DNA of 63,358 nucleotides, counting the filler, from Cercozoa sp. M6MM (taxonomy: Eukaryota; Protista; Endomyxa: Ascetosporea): assembly GCA_040357565.1 (NCBI GenBank). It is 11 parts of 11 records of this genome, joined end to end, with 100 filler letters (N's around TTAATTAATTAA, not from the genome) between each part and the next. Parts side by side here need not be neighbours in the genome. Positions count along the whole stretch, not along the records: positions 8,843 to 32,460 come from JBDODJ010000168.1; 10 more parts are not named here. One strand, 5' to 3'. Below the pieces are notes generated by a model. That model saw only the letters and a program-made list of their open reading frames with translations, was not told the origin of the DNA and searched no databases. Shown piece by piece: positions 13,625 to 27,421 of the stretch; the stretch's first letter is position 1; the number at the start of each line of letters is the position of its first letter. Made by a program: the position numbers and the translations under genes.

Positions 13625-16600
13625 ATGAGTAGCATCCGAAAGCTCGGCATCAGTGGTGTGCGAAGCTACGAGCCTGACGCTGTTCAGACACTTGAATTCT
13701 TCCACCCGCTTACGATCATTGTTGGGCGCAATGGTTGTGGCAAGACGACGGTCATTGAAGCCCTTCGCTTTGCGACGACTGGTGAGGTACATCCTTTCGC
13801 ATCGTTTCTCGTCGTTTGCTTTGCTTGTTGGGGTTGTTGACATTTTGATTGATCAGCATCCTCCGCTTTGCGACAAAGGGCGCAGTTTTGTGCATGATCC
13901 ACACCTGACCGGAACGGCCACGGTGCGTGGCCAAGTGCGTCTCCAAATGGAAAGCGCGGTACATTTCTTATACCCATTCCCATATTTTCATCTTCAATGT
14001 TGCTCGATGTTGCCCGGTATTGTTGGATTTACTTAGGCCAAACGAGGCATCACCGTGGTGCGCAGCTTTCGACTCACGCAGCGCGGAAACAAGCGTAACT
14101 ACAAGGCCGTCGATGCTGCGCTCAAAACCGAACGGGAAGATGGCAGCACAGACGTGTTTTCTTACAAGAACGCACAGATGGACACACTCGTCCCTCAGTT
14201 TCTTGGTGGTAAACTTGAAGCTTTTCGAATTTTGAGTCCAAAAATGCTAACTGTGTGTGAGCAGTTTCTCGCGCGATTCTTGACAACGTGATTTTTTGTC
14301 ACCAAGAAGAAAGCAGCTGGCCGCTGGCTGATGCCAAGACGGTCAAGGCGCGGTTCGAGGACATTTTTGCGTCTACGCGGTACAGTCGCGCATTAGACAA
14401 CTTGCGAAAAATGCGAACAGCTAAGAAAAGCGACTTGCGTGTGCTGGAGGTGGAACTTGAAAGTATGCGCGAGAAACAGATCGCGGTATTTTGTCTGATC
14501 GACACAGCACTCAATGTTCGTTTCACGCTCTTGTTCTGTAGGCGCGCGCGCTGACAGACAGGGCCTTTTCATTGAAGGAAAAGATGAAAAAACTCGTGGC
14601 GCTGCGACGCTCCAAACAACAGGAGCTTGACAAAGCCACTGCGCGTTTTGACGAGCTGAAGGTGGGATTTTCGTGTTCTCGTGTCGTTTTGCGAGTCCGT
14701 ATGTTTACAGGAGCAAAATGAGAAAGTGAATCAGCTAAAGCAACAACTTATTCGCTATAAAGGCGAATTTGCCGTGCGGGACCAAGCCGTGAAGGATGCA
14801 ACTGTCGTGCTGGCGCAAGCTCAGACATCACACGCTGCAGGTACGTACTTCTAATGTGAGTACATATTTATGGGTACTGCCACGAAATTTGTTCGACATA
14901 GACAACCTCGATTTTGACGACCCGACGGAAGATTTGTTACTGATGCGCTCGCAGCTCGCTAAAAAGTTGCCGAGTGATCAAAAAAGAGCGAAAAACGCCC
15001 GCGAAGCGGTGACGCAGGCCGAAGCTGAGCTTGAAACGTACTTCCCACGTGCTATGTGCTAATTTTTGTTTTATTCTCTGTTCGCAGCTGCGCAAAGAAA
15101 CTTTACTTCGCACAGCAACAGGCTCAAACAGCAGAGGCGCTTGAAAACGAGGTACCACCTCCCCCCCCCCCCCCCCATTTATTTTTCTTTGCTTTTAACA
15201 TTTAAGTGATGCGCAGATTCACCAAGGTGCACAATCTATCCAGAAGGAATACGTTCGAGTGGCTCAGAACATCGTCGGGCGTCCCGAAGACGCCGACACA
15301 GTGCTTTCTATGACAGCAAGGGCATTAGCGGAGTCTTCCAACCTGGATGCGATGCTTTTCCGTGTTGAAACTTGGAGCTCGCAGATGCAAACGGTAGCGA
15401 TTTGGATTTTTGAATTCATATTTCCTTTTATTTGCGCCGTGTATATAGACACTGCAAGAGCTGCAGAAAACTGTGGAAAACCTGCAGCGTGAGCACGCGA
15501 CTGCACTTCAGCGCGAAACACAGGAGTTGAATCAGATGGAGGCGCAGCATGAGTCACTTCGAGAACGGGCGCAACATCAGCGCAACACTGCTGAGGAAGG
15601 TCGTCAACGCACTGCAGAAATCGAATCAAAACTTAAGGTATGTGTGGGGTGCTTGTAGGGCAACTGTTCATAATTTTCGTGACTTGAGCACAGAGCTTGG
15701 CACGGGCGAATGCAACGGCGCAAACTGTTCTTGAAGATCTACGAGCTGTCACCGAAACCATCGAGCATGAAAACTATGCTTCTAAGGTGAAATTATTGTA
15801 ATTAACAACTCATTTATCGCTGGTTTATTTTCCGTTTGGCCTTTCTGCTTGCGTGTTTTCGTTTGCAATATCTTGTGCCTGTTGCTCAATTGTTTCTAGC
15901 TGTCTCAGCGATCTCGATTTTAATGGCATGATCTAAACGTGACCGCAAGCTTTCTTGGGGGAGGGGTGATTGTGAAGTTATTCTACCTTGGGTTTGCACA
16001 TCATCGGCGAATGTTCAAACGTTTTTGCGAAAAGCAAGCCCGTGGAAGGCAGAACTGCTTTCAGCTGTGAAATATATCTCGATTTCTTGAATATTCGTTC
16101 GATTTTAGAGGTTGTACCTTTTTCTTGACTGAGGCAAAGTCTTTACTCATTTTAGCTGTCCAATTGCTAACCAATCGCCAATTTTTTCGGACTGCTTTTT
16201 TGCTTCGTCCGCGCGGAAGAAATTTTGTGTATGTGTGTGACTGGTACCTAAACTCTCATTTATATTATTTGTGTGTAAGATAGATGGGAGAACTGGAGAA
16301 ACAACGTGATTTGGTGTCTCGTGAGCTGACCGCACTCGAGGAGAAAGCAGAGCAACTGCGTTCGCAGAGCAGCTTGCGAACGAGTCTTTCCAACTTGCAA
16401 GCGAGCGCCGCGGAGGCGGAGCATGACGTGCAAGAACTGTGCACAGAGGCGCAGCGCCGGGTTCAGCAAGTTTGCGGTGTGTCAGTTGAGCTCACGGCAA
16501 GCAATTTTGAAGCGGAATTGGAAACGCAGCAGCGAGCGCTGCGACAGAAACTTGACGAAGCCCGCGAACTGCACGAACAGCACAAATTGCAACTCAGACA

Positions 16601-18522
16601 GCTGCGCACTGACACAACAAGTATCGACAGCGCGTTCCAAACTCTGCTCAAGGACGCAAAGGCAATTGAAAGAAAATTAAAAGGAAAGACGGCAGCTGAA
16701 ATTGAAGAAGCCTTGCGCCAGGCGCAACTTGAGGTAGGAGCAAGTTACCTTTCATCGATGGAGGGTGTTTGTATCCTTATCGCTGAACAGTATGACCAAA
16801 ACAACGCTTTGGTTCAAGGCAATACGATCGCAGACGCTCTGGAGCGTTTGCTTCGCGTGAGCTCTCGAGGCAACAGGTGTTGCGCCTTGTGCGATCGACG
16901 ATTTGAAGACGAGGATTTCGCTCAGTTTAAGCAAGACACTCTGGGCAAAGTACGGTCTTTCCTGTGTTCTGTTTACATGTTTATTATTGCGATGTAGATC
17001 AGCAAGTTGCGTCGTTCTGACGAAAAGAAACGCAGCAACGCCGAGACTCGCATGAACGAACTTGCGCCGTTGTTGAAGAGTTTGCCTGCTGACATTGAAG
17101 AGGTACTTCTTTTTTGTCTATAGCTCGACACTGTATCTTGTGGGTTCTTGTGGCCTATAGGCTCATCGTCTAACAGCGCTACGCGAACGCCTTAAAAAAC
17201 AACGAGAGCACCTGTTGAAACTTCAAAAGGATTCCTCACGCGTCGAAAAAGAATAGTATATTTGTATTTCGCGCAATGCGCTTCGTTTGTCAATTCGTGT
17301 TCTTGTACAGTGCAGAGGCTGAGCAGAAAGTTGGCTATCTCGTCGAAAAGTGCGATGCGTTGGCACAGATCCGCAGAACCAGTGAGCAGATTCAGAGGAA
17401 CGCCGCTCGCCATGCGCGGTACCAACTGGCTGCGACAAATCTTGAGGTACTTTCTGTTTTACTAAGCTAAACTTACGTGTGCACATGTTTGTACCCTTTA
17501 CGTCCACAGGCGCAGTTGCTGCGAATTCAAAAAGGCGGTGAGTCGTTCAACGACATTGTGGCAGAGGTCGACGTTAAACGGGCCCAACGCTCTGACCTTG
17601 AAAAACGTCTGTCGGAATTTCAGAAGCAGCAGCGTGCGCTTTTGGACAAACAGGTGCGCATGCTTGCTTCTTGGTGGTGGTTGTTTTGCTGCTGGTCCGC
17701 CACCTTGTCTGTGCTCAGAGTCACTTAAACAACACTGCGGCGGAAGTGCAAAAGTTGGTCGCGGAGGGGCGCGCTCTGCGCGAGGAGCGTGAGCGCGTGC
17801 GCGTAAGAATCGCAGACTCCGAGGACAAGGCGCTCGCTTTAAAGAAGTCGGCAAGCTCGATACAGTCACGTCTCAGTGCGTAAATTTCACCTCGCTTTGT
17901 AGCTGTGTTTAAGTGTTTAACTGTGATGTGTTTAGCAAGAGACTCGAGTACGCGCAAGAATCCAGCAAGCGGCAGGCCCTGATCGGATCTAAACGGTCGG
18001 CGCTCCATGCTCAACAAGAAAAGGTATTATGCGCGTTGTCGCGCTCGTTTTGCTTTTAATAGCTGTCATTGTAGGCTCGTCCACTTGCCGATGCCCGAGT
18101 TGCGCTCAAACAGCGGCGCGATGACGTACGCCATCGTACTGCTAAATTGCAGCAGGCTCGTCAGCAACTTCAGCAGCAACGGCAACTCGCACAACAGCAC
18201 GAGCGTAACTTCTTACCTATTTATTGTGAGATTTGCAAGTTGTTTTTGCTTGCTTAGGGCTGAAGAAACAACTTGTGAAGTCGCGACAAGACCGTGCTGC
18301 TGCTGAAAGACAGCTTGACAATGTGCACACTACGGTCGTCGTATTGGACGCCACTCTGAAGGTATTAAGTTTGGAGGGCAACAGAAAATTTGTGTTTTAT
18401 GGCCTACGTTGACGACAGCTTCGCGCTGCAACAGAGGCGTTGGCGGAACTCAGGAACAATGCCATGCTCGTGAAAAAACGTGTCGAGGAGATCAATGGAT
18501 TGGAGGTGAGCAGGGCGAGTCG

Positions 18523-18571
<49 letters not shown>

Positions 18572-18581
18572 NNNNNNNNNN

Positions 18582-18630
<49 letters not shown>

Positions 18631-19713
18631 GCGCGCGCGCTTGTTTTCAGGGATGCAGCGAAGGTGCAAAAGGAAGCCGAACAAGCTGTAGCAGTTATCG
18701 GTGGCAAACTGGAGGCGTACTCTGACCAAGCGAAGAAGATTTCCGATGAGGTAGTTACAACATTGTGGTTTACAGTGTGCGCCATAGCACAATGCGCAGG
18801 CCAAGAAGTATGAAGGAATCGATGAGCTTGTACGTGCGAAACTCGTCGAGCACGAAGTACATTTTCACTTTCGCGCTTGATGTCATTCACTGTATTTCGC
18901 TTGCTGTGCACATGGCAGACGACCAAATTGGCTGGCGAAGATCTTGACAAGTACCGCAGTATGCTTGATGCAGCACTGCTGCAGTTCCATCGCGCCAAGA
19001 TGCGCGAGATCAATGACGTGTTGCGTGCACTGTGGAGCGAGACTTACCAGGTAACTGTCTGTTCTTGCGTCTGTCTAAGCCTTGTATTCCTTGGTTATTA
19101 ACAGGGTCACGATATCGAAGAGATCTTCATCCGCGCACAGGCGGGAAGGGCTACAGCGGGAGGCACTGCTCGACGTGACTACTCTTACTCTGTTATGATG
19201 CTGCGCAACGGCAGCGAACTTGAGATGCGTGGGCGCTGCAGTGGTATTTGTACAGTGGGCTTAATACCTCCGTAAAGTTGTCTATCACTGATATTTTAGC
19301 CGGACAACGCGTTTTGGCGTCCTTGTTGATTCGCATGGCACTAGCTGAGACCTTCTGTGCGAGCTGCGGAGTCATGACACTCGATGAGCCGACCACCAAC
19401 CTCGACGGCAAGAACATCAAGTCGCTTGCCGATGCACTGAATAAGGTATGCTCAGGCATGTTCTCAATTGTCATTATGTGCGTGTTTTTCCAGATTATCC
19501 AGCGACGTCGTGAGCACCAAAGAAACTTCCAGCTTGTTCTCATTACACATGACGAGGTACGGGGTGTATCATTGTACTTCTTCCCAATGGATGCATCCGT
19601 TGCTGTAGGAATTTGCCAATATGATTGGCCGGCGCGACCTGTGTGACTACTACTACCGGATTAGTAAGGACGATCGCGGCTATTCCCGCATCGGGCGACA
19701 TGCGATTCGTTGA
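13625..19713 (+). CDS. RAD50: DNA repair protein RAD50
   Basis: Walker [24 protein letters not shown], long coiled coil, zinc hook CALC (~16880), signature [21 protein letters not shown], Walker [18 protein letters not shown]; spliced in frame. Confidence 0.97.
15825..16150 (-). CDS. BBIP1: BBSome-interacting protein 1 (BBIP1/BBIP10/BBS18), 72 aa, exons 16150-16118, 16064-15987, 15932-15825, nested antisense in a RAD50 intron
   Basis: [72 protein letters not shown]; matches the BBIP1 pattern VLPxxG..F....CKPK(L/I)xPLKSx(T/S)LxxLE; two phase-0 GT-AG introns of 53 and 54 nt. Confidence 0.9.
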
Positions 19714-19840
19714 CACGGCAGTGATGCACATGCTTAGCCGGACGGCTGGCTATCCCCGCTCAGTCGACAGTCGTGACGATACGCTAGGCTATTTTCGCCG
19801 CCCATGGCCGGACCAGTCTACTAAGAAAGAAATTGACCTC

Positions 19841-20172
19841 GGATGACATTGGTCGGATGCTAGTTTGATAGCAATCAGTGCCCTGGGCTGTGGCACGTTA
19901 CATGAGACATCGGATGGCTGCGCCGGTTGACTTCGGATTTTGTTGCAGCTACCGTGGCGTCGGATGTCATGCTGCCTAAAAAATACTCAGTGCTAATGGC
20001 GGATGGCGACTCGTCGCCCGAGGTTTGAAACTGAATGTAACGAGGGCTTACATTGGATGTATCGAGGGCTGACATTGGGTGTTTTGGAGAATGACATAGG
20101 ATGTAATCTACAGTGACACCGTTGTCACTGGGAATGAAACTTAGTTTGTCGGTTCACGGCATCCAATGTCAC
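19841..20172. repeat. Intergenic cluster of GACAT(T/C/A)GGATG-like short repeats in both orientations
   Basis: GACATTGG, GACATCGGATG, CATTGGATG, GACATTGGGTG, GACATAGGATG, an inverted CATCCAATGTCA, and a CAGTGACA..TGTCACTG hairpin near 20111-20130. Confidence 0.45.
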
Positions 20173-20749
20173 AAGAAGAAATTCAGTATCACGCTTCAAG
20201 CAAGCGATTGTACAATCATGCTTGCAGTTGCAACAGACAACGACCGTATCAAACACCGTGGTCCACTAAAATAAATCTTTGGACTGTAATGGTACCGCAG
20301 ACCAGGATGACACTGGGAGAAAGATGTAGTCTTTTAATTCTTCTCCTTTGCCCCTTGCCCTCTTACACCTTACCCCTTTACCTCTTACCCTAGTATACCT
20401 TACCCGTTCTGGGTGTATAAGAATGAATTAAACGGAGGCGGGGTACAGGGAAACGACATAGTTGGTTTCTTACGTTAGTAGAGTGAACTAACTAAAGGGT
20501 GCAGCCTGAGAGAACAGTCGACACAGTTCGGTTGTGTTTCTTTGAAGACACAAATCACTGCACACAACTGAAAGAAACTGAACGACACCACGGCACAGAA
20601 ATCGAATCCGATCCGATTGCGATCCGATGCGATGGTACCCTCCGCCCCCCAGTATACTTATTTTTTCTGACTGCGCATGCGGCGTCGCTTTGCGGCGCGC
20701 CAACAGGCTCTATAGCATGCAGCTGTGGATATTTCACTACTGCAAGCAG

Positions 20750-21340
20750 AATTACTTACAGACCATCGTCATAACGCGCGTCGGAATGGCAGCATTCCCA
20801 TTTGTTGTACTCACTGTATCATATGATGTGTACATGTCTCCGTCTGAAGAAAAGAAAGAAAAACTAATGTACCGTCCATTACGAAAAAAGAGCCATTCAC
20901 CAAGGTGTTTGGTCCTTCGACCCACACTGGGTGTCCACCTCCTACGCATTGCAGACAATAAATTATCGAACAGTAGAAAGTGGGTGGTAAGCATGGCGAG
21001 AACCATCCATGCGTGTCGCGTGTAAGATCAATCACGCGTGGGGGAGTTCCTTGTGTACGAATGCGATTACTGGCACTCACTATATAGACCCATCGACATA
21101 AATGCAGAGAAGAGATGCGTAGGTCGCGCGGTTTACCCAAAAAAACGACGGTATCACTTTGTTGGTCTTCGGGGGTTTCTCCGTTATCAACGTTGGTCGC
21201 GCCCTCTGGTGCGGGCATAACCGTTTCTGGGATGTATTCATTGCCGGTGTTAGCAGCCGTTTTCGGAGTAGGCATGTCAACTTCAGGCATTTCAATTTCG
21301 GGCATCTCAATTTCGGGAATTGACATGACATCATAATCTC
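20750..21340 (-). CDS. Hypothetical protein with PEIEM repeats (boundaries uncertain)
   Basis: ORF segment SIPEIEMPEIEMPEVDMPT followed by GT-AG-bounded open segments. Confidence 0.3.
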
Positions 21341-21756
21341 CTTGCTGTCTCTCAAAATACAAACGCGTGATACAATTAAAAAGCATCATTTCACAGCTTG
21401 AATTGGTACAGCGTAGAAGGCGTCGTCGTCGCTCACAAATTCGTTTGGTTCCGCCTTCATTTGGTGTGTCGCTGCAGATCACACAAGCCTTTACGATAGT
21501 GCAATACTGTATATAGATACATTAAAAGGAAGGACCAGCATCCGCATCCAGTTCACTTAGCGGCATGGAGAAGCGAAAGCTAGTTCTCTACATTCAGTGC
21601 TGTGCATACAAACCACGAAACCCCACACATGCACGACAGTGCTACCTCAGCAAATAGGCTATCGGCGTCACTGGCGCGAGCAACGTGATCGGCCTCGTCC
21701 CTGCAATAATGATGTAGCATTTTGCTCAATAGATAATTGTGGGTGTGCACATGAAG

Positions 21757-22760
21757 CTACCCCAGCAGCAAGCTACGACTATGCGCGAAGGTGTCGCGCC
21801 GAGCAATCGAGCTCTGCTCCTTGTCATCACCGTCGTGTGCAAAGCTGCGTCGCGTGTTATGGAGTGCTTTGCGACGTGTACCACTGTTACTCGTGCCACT
21901 GCGTCTATTTTCGAGTTCAACGTCTGTGCTGCTTGGCACTACTTTTTGCGCAATGTGCAGCATGTTTTGCTGCATGCAACGTGCGGCATCGCCACTGCAT
22001 GCGACGTTTTTCCCGCAACGCAGACTGTCGTTTGTGTGAAGAGGTAGGCAAACACTCAAGAAGAGTTTTCGCAGCAACAACAGATCTTGATGCATCGCCT
22101 CGCTTGACCTGTTATACATGGCATCTAAAGGACTCAGACTTGACGTGTAAAACGGTGTACGTATCGTCAGGCGACAGCGAGAGCAACTCAAACACGCTTG
22201 GATCGCGAAACCGGCGCTTGCGTCGTCGCAGCACGCGTGGTTGTTGAACCCGATCCTCGGAGACAAGGGCCTTTGCACAGCTCGTGCCATCAGCGCTGCT
22301 GTCCAGGAAATTGACGGCGCCGTCATTCATGTTGTCGTTGACACTGTTGCTGCAAGTCGAAGCGCCGTGAGCAGCATCACTTTCACTGACGGAATTTTTA
22401 TCAAAAGTGGCACTGTTGCACGTTTCCACAAACGAGATTCGGCGGACAGACCGCCTCGTTGGTGATTTCGAAGGGGATTTCGACGATTCTGATGGAACTT
22501 TTAACGGAGATTTCGACAAATCAACTGACGGTGACGACGATGATGGGCGCACTGAGGAGGCCGGCGTGTCAGGGGACGGAGAAACCAACGTTGACACTGT
22601 TTCATCACGAAGAGGCAACAGGGCCCGCGTCGGAATCTGTGGCAGTACATATCGTGGACGCACATCACCCGAATTAATCGTTTGTTGATGGTACCTGTCT
22701 TGTCAACTGCTCGAGGAGCGTTCGTGCCTCTTCTGGCAGTAAATTCATAAGGTAAACACC
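21757..22760 (-). CDS. Hypothetical Ser/Pro-rich protein (boundaries uncertain)
   Basis: Two long open exons (22112-22663 and 21757-22110) with SP-rich, disordered composition. Confidence 0.4.
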
Positions 22761-23049
22761 ACACTCTCTAACGGACCTGGCAGTGCTACAAACGATTCTT
22801 TTAAACGAGAATAAAACTACAGTACAGTACAATAAAGAAACATAAGCCGTCCAAACATGAGAAAAATGTGGACAGAAAAACCACAGAGCCGAGAGCCCCG
22901 ACCTCCTCCTTGACCTCAATAATCCCACAGAGCGGCCGTCTAAGTACTTATTTGGTTGGCCAGTGCTTTGATAAAGCGCCTGGTGTGTATCAACCACCCC
23001 AGCGAGTGTTTCCTAGTCCCAGGCCTTCATCGAAGCGGATTAAGAGACG

Positions 23050-23954
23050 ATGCCAGCGGCAGCAGAGGGTGCAAAGCCGCATTCGGCGCCCATTGCGTCT
23101 ATGCAATTGGCCAATATTGAGCGCAAAAAGGCATTTTCTCACTTTGTCTCACTTGTTGTCAGTGTTTTTGTCTTTTGTTACGTTATGTTGTGTTGCTTGT
23201 TCGCAGAAACTGTCGCAGCTTGTGGCCGACCGCTACGATGTCTACAATGATCCTTACCTTGTATGGTGTCTACTTTTGGGCGTCTGCCGCATTGCAAACT
23301 TGTCTACTTGGTTGCTGGCCAACAGGTCCGACACCGCACCGGTGTTTTCGAGTGCAAGCTGTGTACGACGACGCATCCAACCATAGACAACTTTCAGATG
23401 CACACCCAAGCAAGGTAGTCTCACTTGTAAATGCTGCCTGGTAGGACACAGTGCTTGTTTCTTAAAACAGAACTCATCAAACCAATCTGCGTCGACGTGC
23501 ACATCTCAAGGCACTTGAAAGTGTACTGTTTGTCTCTCATGCATCCCTTTGCATATTGCGTCATTGCATGTACATTTACCGCAGGGCGGCATGCGTGCTG
23601 TAGCCAAAAAACCGGTGCAGAAGAGACGTTGGCAGAAGGTTGAGACGCCTGGCTACCAGGTCGTCAAGCTGTTCGATGACCGCACGGGTCAGTCGGGTCT
23701 TTTGTTCCGTCTGCACTTCCCCAAGATCAAGCAGGGTGAGCGTGCGCGTCACAGATTTTTGAGCACCTTCGAACAGAGCAAGGAAGTACGTTCTCCCTGC
23801 TGGCATGGGCACTCTGCGTTTACGTGTGTACGATGTTTGTATGTGCGTATTTGTAGCCATACAATGCCAACTACCAATACATCGTCTTCGCTGCCGAGCC
23901 ATACGAGATCGGTACCGTCTTGACACATTTCCTTTTCTGAAGTGTGTGTTTCTG

Positions 23955-24003
<49 letters not shown>

Positions 24004-24013
24004 NNNNNNNNNN

Positions 24014-24062
<49 letters not shown>

Positions 24063-24486
24063 TTGCCTTCAAGATTCCCGCTTTGCAACTGGACAAGGCT
24101 AACAAGTCGCGCAGCGCCGGCGATCTGGTAGATTTTCTCTGTCAGGCGGTCGTAGCTGCATACATCATGTGACGGTGGCAGGCCAACTTGGGTGCTGGTC
24201 GCCTTGTCTCGCACTGGGACAAGGAACGCAAGGTGTACACCGTTCAGGTAGGATATCATCCGCGCGCGATGTGATCTGTCTGCATCGGTATACGTATCGA
24301 ATGCAGGTGCTATTTCAAGCTACGCGTCAGCAGCAGCAGTATGTGACCGACGCCGCAAGTGCCATATCATACTTTCACATATGTTCTTGCACATTTTTCA
24401 CCGTCTTGTGTGATCACAAAACAGGAAGACTCGCGCATGTTGAGACGACCGAGGAAAGTAGCATGCCGCGCACGGCCGCTGACTGA
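23050..24486 (+). CDS. SF3A2: Splicing factor 3A subunit 2 (SF3a66/Prp11)
   Basis: DPYL..H..GVFECKLCTTTH.....MHTQARTHQTNLRRR, PGYQVVK, GLLFRLHFPKI, RHRFLSTFEQ, YQYIVFAAEPYEIVAFKIP; 3' end approximate. Confidence 0.93.
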
Positions 24487-24779
24487 TAAATTCAAACTGA
24501 GTCGACTTTTGCTGATATCGATGGACGGACGACGTGGCGTGGGTCGCGTCGCTAGGACGCGATCTGGGGAATCCTACCGTATCGTCGGGTAAAAATAGTG
24601 AGCCGATAAAATTGAGCCAACTGTTACGGCATCGCGTTTCTCAACCAGTCAAGTTGTCGTGTCATCTGACTACTCGCCAGCGCGAACGATCCAGTATGGT
24701 CAATGGTGACGGATTTTATTTTGCTAGGTACCTCCTGCAATACATACTGAGGCTTCTACCTTGCATAGTACAGTTTTGT

Positions 24780-26969
24780 TAAGACCTCACTCCTAGCTTG
24801 GGTCAAGCTTTCTACAGCTCACGCACTTTGACTGCAGGTACCTCTTATCCAGCTTCCATGTACGGAACTTCGTCCCTTTGCACTTGATACGTTCTGCCGT
24901 GATAGTGCTTGGGCTGATTTAATTGACATCAATATGGCCTCCAAGCTTTCGACGACCTTTTCTACGTCGTCTTCGATACCTTAGTTACTGGTTAATAGCG
25001 TAACAAGATTAACCAATTTTCGTTGCAACTGATTGTCGTTAAGCGTGAACGGAAAGGCAGTCCGTACGCGTACGAGGACAGTATCATACAGCGCAGAGTT
25101 AGAAGCAGTCAGGTCAGACACGCTCCATAAATAAGCGCACCCGAGGTACATTGCTGAACACATCAAGCAGAGTTTTGTCACTTTCGAGCATTTCTTTGCG
25201 TGTGTGCACACTGCGTGGCATTCTGCAGATGCGGGACAACATCCAAGATCTAAACGATAAGTTAACACGCGGATAATACCTCGTGACAAGAGCGTAGTTC
25301 TCGGGCACATCTCGAGACTCAAGGTCAAAGTTGGAGTCGCACATGTAAACCTGCAGATGCACGCAGACACATGCGTGTGTACATGCACGCAGAAAAATAC
25401 AAAGCAACCAATTGCGAGACACGCGCCTCCATAGAAATGTACCGCCGCAGCGTACGACCTGTACAGCATATCCTCAGAAAGAAACGCTTACTCTAGATGT
25501 GTAAACAACGTACCACTCAACAGACGCACGGTCACAAGCGCGCCGTCAGTTTCGTCTTCATCAACGAGCATTGACATCGCCAAAGCGACGCGAAATTCGT
25601 TCTCACCGTGCACCTGGTCTTCTTGCTCGTCCTGCGCTTGCGGACATAATTACAAGGCTGTTGCATGGAAGAAGCTTACAGGGTCAGATCCGTGGTTCTG
25701 ATGCCCAGAGCTATCGTCGATTCCGAAAGCCGGCTCAATGCCGCCATGGGAAGTAGATTGTGAAGCATCCTGTACACGAAATTTACATACACCGACAACA
25801 CAGGGGTACAGACATCAACACAACGCAGGGGCGAGAAGACGATACTCTTGAGAGTGCTTCGTCACGCCGGCGCTGGAACTCCTCTGAAAAAAAAACACAG
25901 ACAGTGAGAAATTTCAAGCAAGCACGGTCACAAGGAACACCATTGAGTCGACGCTGTTGCTCGCTGCTAGTGTCAGGGAGCACCTCGGCGAGCATTGCCT
26001 AAAATAGAAAACAAAGCATCTTCTCTTGCGATGAGTTTAAAGCGATGCGTTTAAACCGGTGTACCGACTGCGCGAACTCGCTTTGTGTCATTTGCAAAGA
26101 TGCGACACTCTGTCCGCAAGCAGCGTCCCAATATAAGCCGAAGATTAAGAAGAAAAGCTGTACAACGGGAGGGGCACGTCGCGTGCGCTGTGGCTGATCG
26201 AAGCGCACATTTGCCTGTTTGCCAAGCAGAATCAAACGTAAAGCGGTGGGTGTTTACTGTGCAGTCAAGTTACATCCTGCGTCGACATACCTCCGTGCGT
26301 GCGAGAAACCACCTACAAGAATGAATACAGCACATCAGATTTATGATCAGTTTCTACGGTACGGGAACGATCTGAGGCAAGGACGCCGCAACATGAAACG
26401 CGACGAACATTAGCTACAAGAAGCATGTAAACATGTTAGCCACACGTGCATGCGAGTGTACCGCAACAAGAATGTACAGCGATGCACTGGATGGTACAAA
26501 TGGAACCTATATTGAGAAGGAACAACAACAGTACCGTGCATAACAAATCTGTTTAGTACAAAGACTATAGCACCCAAAAAATGAGCCAAATAGCTTGCAA
26601 GACGGCACATGCGTTTAAAAAAAGCACGCCAACACGAGCACGGCGGTACCATGTACTGAGTTCCATTTGCCTTATTTTCTGCACAAGACACATTCGTGAA
26701 CGGACAAGAGGAGAAAGATACACAAGCAGAGGTGCATACCAAAGTTTCCCAGAAAACTCGGACTGCCAACAACAGTGCTGTGCGGACAATATCGACCAAC
26801 GGCCAAGCTCTCGCGAAAGCCGACGCCTAAATGTCAGATTAGTCCACAGATCGAAATGCAAATGCAGTTGGTACCTGAGATTGAGTCGCACGCACTATTT
26901 GGTACAACACCACTTGCAGGGTAAAAACGAGTGCCAAACTGCACACACACACGTGCACACACACACACG

Positions 26970-27001
<32 letters not shown>

Positions 27002-27022
27002 CACACACGCACACACACACAC

Positions 27023-27109
<87 letters not shown>

Positions 27110-27421
27110 CACACACGAGCTGAAGAAACCAAGCGGTAAGAATCCAGCCTGATTGCACCGAAAACCACCCGCAACGTAGCACCTGAAACAAGGATATGTC
27201 TCAGAATGTGGGCGCAGAGAGCACTACTTACCTCTGTTTCGAGGAGGTGTTTGAGGGCGAGTTTTAACTTCGAAGAGGTTTCCGACTGCGCCTGCTCTTC
27301 CTGCGCAGCTTTGTGGTGAGTTTGGTGGGAACTTCGTGCATTGGTCGGTGTACGGTAAAGTCATTGTCGATGCGATAGTCAGCGCCATCATCGACGCGCG
27401 AATAACGCAGGTCGCGCATGG
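24780..27421 (-). CDS. Hypothetical multi-exon, probably membrane, protein (ends approximate)
   Basis: Many short open exons with GT-AG boundaries and hydrophobic stretches (GWILTAWFLQL, VDIVRTALLLAVRVFWETL, YLGCAYLWSV). Confidence 0.45.
26943..27116. repeat. (AC)n microsatellite, intronic
   Basis: Read directly from the sequence. Confidence 0.95.

Noticed and set aside
15787-16283. Intronic snoRNA or RNase P/MRP RNA in the long RAD50 intron
   Set aside because: No convincing boxes; the nested BBIP1 gene explains the length.
26834-27191. Poly-CV/HT ORFs, here and at many other sites
   Set aside because: Translations of (AC)n microsatellites.
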